This document shows positions 54,540 to 64,000 of a stretch of DNA of 64,000 nt, one piece after another (the stretch's first letter is position 1; every line of letters begins with the position of its first letter). The notes beneath the pieces are model-generated. The model was not told the DNA's origin. It worked only from the letters and a program-made list of their open reading frames with translations, and made no database searches. The stretch spans positions 3,410,001-3,474,000 of the forward strand of contig OZ176058.1 of the NCBI GenBank assembly GCA_964247055.1. The letters run 5' to 3'. The translations under genes were made by a program, and so were the position numbers. Origin of the DNA: Paragordius varius (lineage: Eukaryota; Animalia; Nematomorpha).

Positions 54540-55403
54540 GAAACATTAGACAACTATATATATATATTTAGGAGTCAAAATTAATAATCCTAAAACTAAA
54601 CAAAGATTAGTCATATCCAGAGCTAAAATGAAATCAAATCGCAAGATATGGTCTTCACGAAAAATACCAAAACTACCCCCAAAAAAATTTAATACAATAA
54701 TATTCCCAATCGCAACCTATGGCTTTAAAAGCTGGGTATGCAAAAATTCTGACCAAAAAATTATACAAGCTTTTAGGCAAACTTGTTGGAGAATGCTACT
54801 TGGTAAAAAAATGAACAGACAAACTCACTAATAAATGAATCAACTCTAAGATTATTACATTACTTCAAATGGTAACAAAATCCGCGAACAAATTGGAGAA
54901 AACAATTATGCTTGTAGAAGGTAAACGTAAAAGACTCAGAAAAAGTGGTCAAAATTTTAACAGATGACACCCACCTTACAATCTCCAATCTGATCAATTT
55001 ATCCTCAGTCAGATCAGCCTACAGAAAATTTGTCCATGAAATCCTGCAAAATGTCTAATATTAACTACGTTGTGTCATTCATTCGCTCATTCAATACAAC
55101 CAAAATATTAACAATCATAAATCAAACAATTTATTATAAATTGCCAAATCTAAAGTGAAAAAAATATATTGTAGCATAATAAATGAAACATTATAAACAT
55201 TAGAAATGTATAAGTACAAAGGTATGAGTGTTAAATTAAGTATGGCATCTAAAAAATCTTTATTTAACTTTAAAAGAATTATTGCACCAAGCGATTCGCT
55301 CTGCTTCTCACGTTTGAAAGTATAAAAATTACTTTTCGAATATACCATTATATTGGCTGATTCAAATTCCAAAATTGCATCTCAAATAAAAACGAAATTA
55401 TTA
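54540..55403 (+). mobile_element. Decayed RTE-clade LINE 3' fragment (duplicate copy)
   Basis: ORF 54628-54831 KSNRKIWSSRKIPKLPPKKFNTIIFPIATYGFKSW...QAFRQTCWRMLL matches the RTE C-terminal region. Confidence 0.8.
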
Positions 55404-57580
55404 TTTGTAAGAATTTTTTGACGGAGATAATTTTCAAAATCATCCACTGTATCATGATTTTTCACAATGATAGTGTCTCATTTAGTTTTTCTTTTATCCA
55501 ACATAAATAAATGTGGGGGAAGGATGTTTTTCCCTCAAAATCCTCATTTTTAATCCTTGAAAGTATATACACATCTGCGTAAGCCACAGAATTCTTCTGG
55601 TTTTCCTGATCACACAGACTGTACGAAAGAAGACCAGTTCTATCAACAACATCGCAGGCTCGCCATTCAGGACTTTGTTCGTTTTTCACCATTATGCGTT
55701 GGTATATTAAAACGCACGACGTGGACGGGGTGCGTCTAAGACTGTTGTTTTTGTGTTAATCCAGGTCGGGGGTGTTTGGGAGACTCGTTTAAAGAGTAGT
55801 TGGAAGGGGGTTTCCTTTGTGGTAGCGTGAATGGAATTACGGTAAGACCATAAAGTAGTATTAAAAGCTTCCTCCGGTGTATTAATATAATTTTTGATTT
55901 TCCTATACTTGCCCTTTAGGGTCCCTACTAACCTTTCTACCATTCCATTACTTTTAGGATGATAGAGGGTTACCCTCACGTGCTTAATTCCCAAGTTTGT
56001 CAGGGTTGATGTAAAGTACAAATTATTGAAATAAGAAGCGTTATCACTTTCTACCGTCTTCGGAAACCCAAACCTGGCAAAGGTTTCCTCGAGTTTGTGA
56101 AATATATTTACCGAATTAACCCGTTTTAACATAAACCCTTCCGACCATTTTGATGAGCTATCAATCAACAAAAACCAAAAATACCCGTCAACTGGTCCCG
56201 CTATATCGATGTGCAAACGCTCCCATATCGCAGCATTTGGATCCCATTGCTAAGTGGTTTTTTTACTAGGCTTGGCTTGTTTCCTTGGCATGAGCTACAT
56301 TGACTGTACCTTCTTACCAATTGTTCTCTAATTTTAGCTAAAAACAGGTAAACCTTGCCATTACTTTCATCGTTTCTACATTATTATGCCCGCTGTGTAA
56401 ATAATTGACCATATTCGCCTGTCTTTCCGGGATGATGATTCGATCGTTCAAACTTAGCAATCCATATTGGTACAAAATTTCTCCTTTACGGTTGGTGAAC
56501 TCAGCCAACTCAACATCACTCCAATCTTGATAATTAATAGCCTTGATTACCTTTGGCAAAATTTTATCCTTAACTGTTTCTCTTCGGATCTCATCTCGAC
56601 TTAAATGAACGTTATGACAATTTCGGAACCTAAGATGTCTCGTTACCATGTAGTCTCTATCAATTGTGTCTACATTATCTTCACCGGGACATCTTGAAAG
56701 TAATTGGCTCTATTTTTCGGACCCGCCTGATAACTAAATTAAAAATCAAAATCATTCAGTCAGTTAACCCATCTTAAAACTTTCGCATTCTGAATTTCTT
56801 TCAAATTTCTATCCCTATTTATCAAGCTAACCAGTGGTAAGTGGTCTGTCAAAATTTCAAACTTTCTACCATAAACGAAGTTATGAAACTTTTCTAATGC
56901 AAAAACAATAGCCTTTAATTCCTTTTCTATCGTGTAGTAGTTCAATTCTGCAGTGCTACCTTTTCTTGAACCATAGGCAATGGGTTTCCTTTCACCATTT
57001 ACAACATGAGATAAAATATCAAACCTATATCTGAGGCATCGGTTTCAATTACTAACTTTGTATCCGGATTGTATGGTGTTAAAAATATTATTTGTTCACT
57101 TAAAATTTCCTTTGCTGCTTTCCAACTTTTCACGTGTTTTTCCGACGAGTTCCATCTGACGTTCTTACTCGTTAAACTATGTACACTTACAATCAATTGA
57201 AGCTTGGGTATAAATCTTTCATGGAACGTTAAAAATCATAAAAAACTTCTTAAAGATTTTTATCCACAGGTTTTTTAAAATCATTGATTGCTTTTATTTT
57301 ATTCTTGCATGACTTATACCTTTATTACTTATTTCAAATCCCAGATCACTTATCGAAGGTTCACCAGTTTTTATTTTATCTTTTCTTAATCTAAAACCTG
57401 CTAATTCTACCCGATTTAAAACATTATTAAGATTTATTAAATGTTCCTGTTCAGATTTGCCAGTTACTAAAACATCATCTAAATATAAGTTGAGTGGGTG
57501 ACGACGAAGTGTTGTTAAATAAGATTCGTGTGTTAACGTCGTGTGAATAATGAAAGAAAATAAAAATAAATTTATTATAG

Positions 57581-57614
57581 ACTCAAATTTTCGCCCAATG
57601 GCATCATCAGGAGT
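57581..57614 (-). ncRNA. Minimal hammerhead-like motif (left arm)
   Basis: Reverse complement of the 58149-58182 motif. Confidence 0.55.
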
Positions 57615-58148
57615 TGTTAAAAGAAAAAACTTAAAATAAAGTATAACCAAGAAAAAAATATAAAATGAAATTAAATGTGAGACAAATCAATGCTTATAAA
57701 TTGATATAATAGACAAAGGAAAGTAACATAAAAGAAAACCGTTATAATCTTGAGCGCATGTGCAATATATTTTTTATAAGAACATAAATATATCTACATT
57801 AGACAAAACAAACAAATTATAAAAAATAAAAAATTTAAGTAATATCAATGCTGTCACAAACCAAAATTTTTATAAAAAACCATAATATTTTTATTCCAAA
57901 AACTTTATACAGCATTGATATTACTTAAATTTTTTATTTTTTATAATTTGTTTGTTTTGTCTAATGTAGATATATTTATGTTCTTATAAAAAATATATTG
58001 CACATGCGCTCAAGATTATAACGGTTTTCTTTTATGTTACTTTCCTTTGTCTATTATATCAATTTATAAGCATTGATTTGTCTCACATTTAATTTCATTT
58101 TATATTTTTTTCTTGGTTATACTTTATTTTAAGTTTTTTCTTTTAACA

Positions 58149-58182
58149 ACTCCTGATGATGCCATTGGGCGAAAATTTGAGT
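58149..58182 (+). ncRNA. Minimal hammerhead-like motif (right arm)
   Basis: ACTC CTGATGA T GCC attg GGC GAAA ATTT GAGT: 4-bp stem I, intact core, one extra U before stem II, loopless palindromic stem III (AAUU), UUU cleavage triplet. Weaker than the 28.4-kb ribozyme. Confidence 0.55.
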
Positions 58183-61014
58183 CTATAATAAATTTATTTT
58201 TATTTTCTTTCATTATTCATACGACGTTAACACACGAATCATCTAAATATGCACAAGTGCCGGGGCAACCTTTTATAACATGGTCCATGACCCGTTGGAA
58301 TATTATTGGTGCTGTTGACAGTCCGAAAGACATCAGCGGTAAAATTCCTTGTGAGTTGCAATTGTTAGAAGGTGTTGTTCTTTAGTTATGGGTATTTGTA
58401 GATAGGCATATTTCAGATCAATCTTACTGAAAACTTCTTCGCCAATCTTACTTACTAAATCATCAAACGTTGGAATGATATGAGAATCCTCAGTCAGCCA
58501 CTTGTTGATCGTAACTCTATCGCTACAAATTCTTACCTCTCCATTCGCTTTGAGCACATTGACGGTGGGCGTGGCCGATGTCAGAGGTGTAAGGTTGGGA
58601 TCTATTGGCTCCAAAATGTCTAACTTTTGTAATCTTAGCAATTCGTTTTCAACTCTCGCTCTTAGGGGAAACGGTACTCGGCGACAAAACCAAACTTTGG
58701 GGGAGGCATTGGGTGCTATATGAATTGTAACTGGCTCAATAGCCTAATTCCTTTTTAAATAGATTAGGAAAACTTTCAATAATTTTATCAAGTTTAAGAA
58801 AATTAATTCTTACCTTAGGAATGTCGATGTTGAATCTTGTGATCTAATCTAAGCCACAAATGAGCGGTGCCTTTTGACATTTTTTCTTTCAATCCACAAC
58901 ATTCTGCGTCCCCCAAGTTTTGCCCATTGATTTTCACTGTGACTGTTGTTACGCCCAGGAAAATATATTTTCGTACGACTATGGATTTGTGATTGACCAA
59001 CAGTTTGAAGTCTTGGATCTATAGGCGGTTTATGGTCTAATGATTGTTGCATTTTTTCATTGGGATATCGTTCTTGGAAAAATTGATCAGATTTTTGGCT
59101 CTTTTGATTAGATCGTCGCCCCTGTTTTTGACTGGCTGATGTGTCTTTATATCTTTTAAAAGAAGAACCTTTTGTATTATGAATCGGCGTAGAGAATAGT
59201 ATTGAGAGTTTGGGTGTACATATAAAGGACAAAACACATTAAAACGATAAGTATTATTGAATGACATAGGAAACGTTACAGAAAATATAATTACAGTCAT
59301 GTATTTGATTAATTGCCTAATATTCGTGGAAAATTGTGTTTGTTTAATCTTTTTAGATAGTTTTACTTAAACTCCCCATATTCCATAACTTATATATTTC
59401 ATATGTTAAAAAGTTGTCATAACAATATAAAAATAATTATGACAATAACGCGTACGAAACAGAAAATCCGCTTTAACACAAAAGACACAAAACATTTATC
59501 CATAAAAATCATTATTTTCTAAATGAGTTATGAAAAAAATTATCTTAAACTATTAAACTTATGATGAATATAATTCAATTTAGGATATATATAAAGCTAC
59601 CAATACTTGATAATCAGTAGTAATTTTAAAAAAGGTAAAGAAGGAATACAAAGGAGATTCAGTAAGAATCCGGGAATGGTTTATTGATACAAATAATTTT
59701 AAAAAAAATATTTGAAAAGAGATTTTAATAAAAATAATTTTGTTAAAAAATTATAATAAAATACATGTACCGAAATATTTTTCATATAACACAGTTTAAA
59801 AATATTTATCTTACCAATATATTTTGGAATATATATAATATAAACGCTTGATTACTTACCGTGTTTTATAGTATATTGTTGGGTAGATTCTTTACCAATA
59901 TCTTTCTGCATCAATTCACATGCAATAGAGGGGATACTTTGCGTTGATCTCAAGGGATAATTGAATGTATTTGTTGTTTTAACCAGTTTACGGGTTGATT
60001 AAAAGTTTCATTGTACATATTATAAGATATTGGCCGTTCATCTGACAAAAAATTCTCACTCAAAGTACTATAATGCGTCTAATAATCCGAAAATAAAATT
60101 TTTCTGGTTGTTCGTCAATATAATATATCTTTGGTTACATTGTGCCATGCTGTTCACTTCCAAATTAAAGCCAAATACTAAACCTAAATTTTGTCCTTGT
60201 TCCTGCATACTATATCCATTTTAAATTAATTTTAAACCTCGTCTCAAACATTTATCTGACATAAATGAATATGTGAGTTTCATGTGCAAATTTATTTTTG
60301 CTTTTCACCCCAAATATGTTATTAATTTTTTTAAATTATATTCCCATAAGTAAAAATAAATAATAATTACATATAAGTTTTCCATGTTTTTATTATACAA
60401 TAAAACGCAAACGCGTCTTTTCTACAATTTACACAATTTTCAAATATTTTTGTAATTTCATATTGCGCCCAAATATTATATTAAGTTTTCTTGATATAGT
60501 AGGTTATCTACGACTCCTTAAACATTTGCAACATACTAAAAATAATAATTGTTATAAAAACTTATAGGTTACCGGATTTATATGACATTAATATTTACTT
60601 CGAAATTTTATATCATAGTAAATGCAATAAATTTTAAAACATGGTTATAACTTTGGTAAAAAAATAGTTGTTTGGCACAAAGATTTTGCTTTCTGTAATC
60701 TGAAGCATAATTAAAAAATTTGTAATTTTTATTCAATTGAGGTTATAAAAAATTTAACTATAAGAAATTAATAATTTAAACAAGGATATTTATTTTCGGA
60801 AAAGTTTGCGATACTATATAGCAATTCTAAACTTATAAAACTTACATTAAACCTTATAAAACTAATTTCTTTAAAGACTTTTTGTTTCCTAACTGTCTAA
60901 TGTTCCTGTCGTAGTTTAGAAAAGTTTAAAAATACAGGTGTTTTCCTATATTGTCTGAAGACATGGTAAATATAAATTTTAATAAACATTTTTTTATGAA
61001 AATATTATTGCTTT

Positions 61015-61170
61015 AATATATTTGAATAAAATGCGTGGGTCTCGGCCTGCTTCGCAGCCCGAGGAAGTCCTGCGGACTTCTTTAAGCAAATGAACAACTC
61101 CAATCCCTCACCCTTACCCTAGCCCACAAACTCGAAACCCTTAAAGCACTTTGCCCGTGTTCAAAATATT
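61015..61170. repeat. GC-rich double-hairpin interspersed repeat, longest copy
   Basis: ATGCGTGGGT[CTCGG C CTGC ttc GCAG C CCGAG][GAAGTCC tgc GGACTTC]...CCCTTACCCTAGCCCACAAACTCGAAACCC, bracketed by imperfect inverted repeats AATATATTTGAA (61015-26) and TGTTCAAAATATT (61158-70). Confidence 0.7.
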
Positions 61171-61975
61171 AAAATTTTGTTTAACCTTTTTTTATATAAC
61201 GTATATATTGGGTAAATTCTATACATATACTATAGTTAAAATAAATTTAAAATATATTACCGAGAAATAACTTTAAAGTTTGAGCTAACACATATTTATA
61301 CATAACTTATATTTAAAAAAATAATCTTATTGTTGTCAAAATAGCTATGCCTTTAAAATTTTTAGGATTTCACATAAATTCTTTTTAAACTGGAAATTAA
61401 CATTGAAAATAATTTATTATGAATTTTAGCCTCGATTGGATTCATAACTTAAAGTATTACGCTAGTTTGTCATTCAGAATTCATATTTCTCCCTCAAAAC
61501 ATTTTTAAAATGCTATATATTTATATAATTGTACATAAATAATTTAGTATATTTATAAACGAATTTCTACTTTTAAACCATAAGTGGTCTGGTTTGGAAC
61601 AAACATCCTTATTTCAAAAATAAATTTTTTAATTAAATTAAAATAAATAAGTATCTTTATATAGTAATATTTTTAGATTTGAGAATTAATCAAATTAAAT
61701 AAAACAGGTAAAATTAATATTGAAATAGCAGGAGAGATGTTTTTATCCATCGCTCTTTTTGACTGAAATTAACACAGATCTCTACTTAGTCAAATAATAA
61801 TTTAAACCCTTTTCCTAACTACTATCAAACATATTTTGAGTTGAGTTAAAAATTTTTCGAAAAATATGTCAAATCTAACATAAAAATACCATTAACGTAT
61901 AGTTTAGTAATAAACTACCAACATTTTTTTCATAAATATAGATAAAAAAACTTAAAATTTGATTATTACAAAACC

Positions 61976-62106
61976 AATATATTTGAACAGGAAATGCGTG
62001 GGTCTCGGCCTGCTTCGCAGCCTGAGGAAGTCCTGCGGACTTCTTTAAGAAAATGAACCAACTCCAATCCTTCACTCTAACCCTAGCCCACAAACTCGAA
62101 AACCCT
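61976..62106. repeat. GC-rich double-hairpin interspersed repeat, second copy
   Basis: Highly similar to 61015-61145 over ~115 bp with both hairpins retained (one C>T change gives a G-U pair). Confidence 0.7.
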
Positions 62107-64000
62107 ATATAATTATATCTGTGTATATTTACATAATTGACAACCATATAATCCCAAATATTTTAGTTCGGTTTTACAATTTTAGAGTATAAAGATGAAT
62201 GCTTATTGTTGAAAAAGTCTTCCAGATAAAAATATTAATTACCTTGTTTCAAAAACGATAGGAACTAATATTAATTCATGCTTGTTAATCATAAAACCAT
62301 TCAATATTATCGCATTTTGCCCAACTCCTTTATTAAAAAAGTTGGATGGAATTAGTTTAAATTTAGTTTAGGTTTCATTAATTAATAATTGATAAATTTT
62401 CAGAAATAACTGATTATTAAGTTACTTATTTCCATATAGTATAAAAACATTTTTAACTCTTAAAGTATATGTCATAATATTTGATTAATTTTAATGATTT
62501 ATTCATGAAAATAAAAGTCAACGTTTGGAATTAATCTTTTTAACAAGTAGTTAATGATTAATGGAAACAAGAATCGATATTATATTAAATAAAAGTTAAA
62601 TTAAATCTTAATATTTATAACTTATTTTGAGGAAAATTTAAACCTAGATCGCTTGAAATCTTAATAGACCGATATTGAAATAAACTAATTTCCTTATATA
62701 TATTAAACCAAATGTTTAATTAATCTAGAATTAGTTCTAGAGGTAATAATTTTTTTAAATAATTAATAATTTGTTTGTTTTAGATATGCTAATAATCAGC
62801 CCATATTTGAAACATATTGCCAATTAAATTTAAAGTTTTAAAAATAAAATTGCAGATATAGAAATATAATAATAATTAGCTACAATTTAATTAGAATTAA
62901 TTATGTTCTAAATTATTTTTGAGATGTTTAGAATATCAAACTTATTACGTAATAATTTATTAATTACAATAATTTAAAATATTTTTTAGATTAATAAAAT
63001 TATTATTTAATACCTAATATATATATAATTATTTATGAATTATTTCAGACAATTTAATTAGAAATAATTTTGTATTGTAAATTCATTTTGAATCTAAAAC
63101 TTATTACGTAATAATTTAATAAACTACATATATATATTTGATTTATTAACAATATAGAATTAATTTTATTAATAATATATGTTAAAATTATTTGAGACAA
63201 TCTAATTAAAATTAATTATTTTCTAAATTATTTTTGATATATAATCTATTTCATGTAATAAATATAATATAATCTAAAATATTTCCTAAATATATATATA
63301 ATTAAATTTGTTTAATCCTTAATAAATATTATTTGTAAATTATTTAAATTATTTTAAACTTAAATTTCTTTTTTCACAAATTAATTAATTTATTTACTTG
63401 TTACTTTATTTTGTTTATTCCAATATTCCCTTTATCCTAAATACTAAGACATATGTGTATACTGAATAATATTTTTAGACAACACATAAAAATATTTAAC
63501 ATTGTAATATTGCACATAAAAGGGGGATAAAATAAAATGTATGTGAAACAATGTTGCATAACACATAATAAACAAAAACAAGAAAGGGAAATGTACATAG
63601 GATTTTTCTAGAAGGGGGGAGAAAAGGCATGCAAATGCGCACAACACATTGTTTAAGATGCACGTGTTCTTTCTTTGTTCCCCCCCCCTACACATATATA
63701 AAGACAAAAAATATTTTTAAATTTATTTTTTTAAATTCTTTTTTCCAAATTTACATTTGTTGCATAGAATGTATTCAAGTGCTTTTCCTCTTATGCAATT
63801 CAATGTATTGCCAACATGGATGGATTATTTTATTATTCAAGTAAAATTTAATTCTATTTAATTTTAGATTATAAAACTCAATATGCAAATCAAACAGGAA
63901 ATGGTGAAACCGATTATATTTTAAATGATTTCTGGTAAATTAATTTGTTAATAATTATAGATTAAGATTAATTCAAAGTTTAAAGAACAATGTACAGTGA

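Larger units (their letters stand above)
39940..55403 (+). repeat. Tandem segmental duplication, copy 2
   Basis: Colinear with 22515-37170 and ends where the gypsy remnant begins. Confidence 0.92.
57474..58250 (-). mobile_element. Recent Penelope-like insertion: 332-bp near-perfect inverted arms, 36-nt tail and target duplication, inside the gypsy RT
   Basis: ATCATCTAAATAT (57474-57486), tail 57487-57522, arm 57523-57854, 54-bp spacer, inverted arm 57909-58240, ATCATCTAAATAT (58238-58250). Only one arm mismatch noticed by eye. Confidence 0.85.
55460..59250 (-). mobile_element. pol: Decayed Ty3/gypsy LTR-retrotransposon pol (PR-RT-RNaseH-IN order); no LTRs or gag recognised
   Basis: Minus-strand fragments: protease-like GVTTVTVKINGQ (~58930); RT EVRICSD...FSKIDLKYAYLQI and MSFGLSTAPIIFQRVMD...YLDDVLVTG; RNase H IETDASD, ELKAIVFALEKFHNFVYGRKFEILTDHLPL; integrase LHSGH...CSSCQ, HIDIAGP...IDSSSKW...FARFGFPKTVESDNASYF...YHPKSNGMVERLV. 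Many stops and frameshifts. Confidence 0.93.

Noticed and set aside
57294-58385. Two ORFs with identical N-termini (MVILYFKFFLL...) on opposite strands
   Set aside because: Artefact of the 332-bp inverted repeat fused to gypsy RT frames; not independent genes.
59112-59126. GGCGACGA on the minus strand as a gypsy primer-binding site
   Set aside because: Lacks the TGG start, has no adjacent LTR, and lies inside the protease region.
62022-62055. CTGAGGA followed by a hairpin, as a possible hammerhead
   Set aside because: GAAA does not follow stem II directly, no stem I or III can be formed, and the sister copy has CCGAGGA.
62074-62090. CTAACCCTAG as a telomerase RNA template, or the repeat as SRP RNA
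   Set aside because: The tract differs between copies (CTTACCCTAG) and the SRP helix-8 spacing is not met.
63766-63960. Candidate exons separated by 26-27-nt GT-AG introns near the window end
   Set aside because: All other introns here are at least 86 nt and one splice creates a TGA; cannot be supported without downstream sequence.

Overview
Very AT-rich (by eye roughly 20-25% GC), intron-rich eukaryotic DNA, probably from an animal; the organism cannot be identified from the sequence. Hand-spliced GT-AG models with consistent phases give: the 3' part of an unknown gene (<1-10341); a 14-exon, ~1096-aa coiled-coil protein gene (16716-30340); and a small secreted Cys-rich protein gene (32483-34659). 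A ~15-kb tandem duplication (~22515-37170 vs ~39940-55400) holds a 5'-truncated but frame-intact copy of the coiled-coil gene and a second, locally diverged copy of the secreted-protein gene. It could also be two haplotypes assembled in tandem. Introns are packed with two TA-flanked MITE families and hAT-type MITEs. Also present are RTE-type LINE 3' fragments, a decayed LTR-less Ty3/gypsy pol (minus strand, ~55.5-59.2 kb) and a probable decayed Penelope RT. The most striking signal is three unrelated insertions sharing one architecture: 11-13-bp target duplication, 29-36-nt unpaired tail, and inverted arms. Two of them carry minimal type-I hammerhead ribozyme motifs in their arms, as expected for Penelope-like pLTR insertions, and one duplicates exactly the YLDD codons of the gypsy RT. 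One intron takes its 5' splice site from a MITE terminus. No rRNA, tRNA or CRISPR was recognised.
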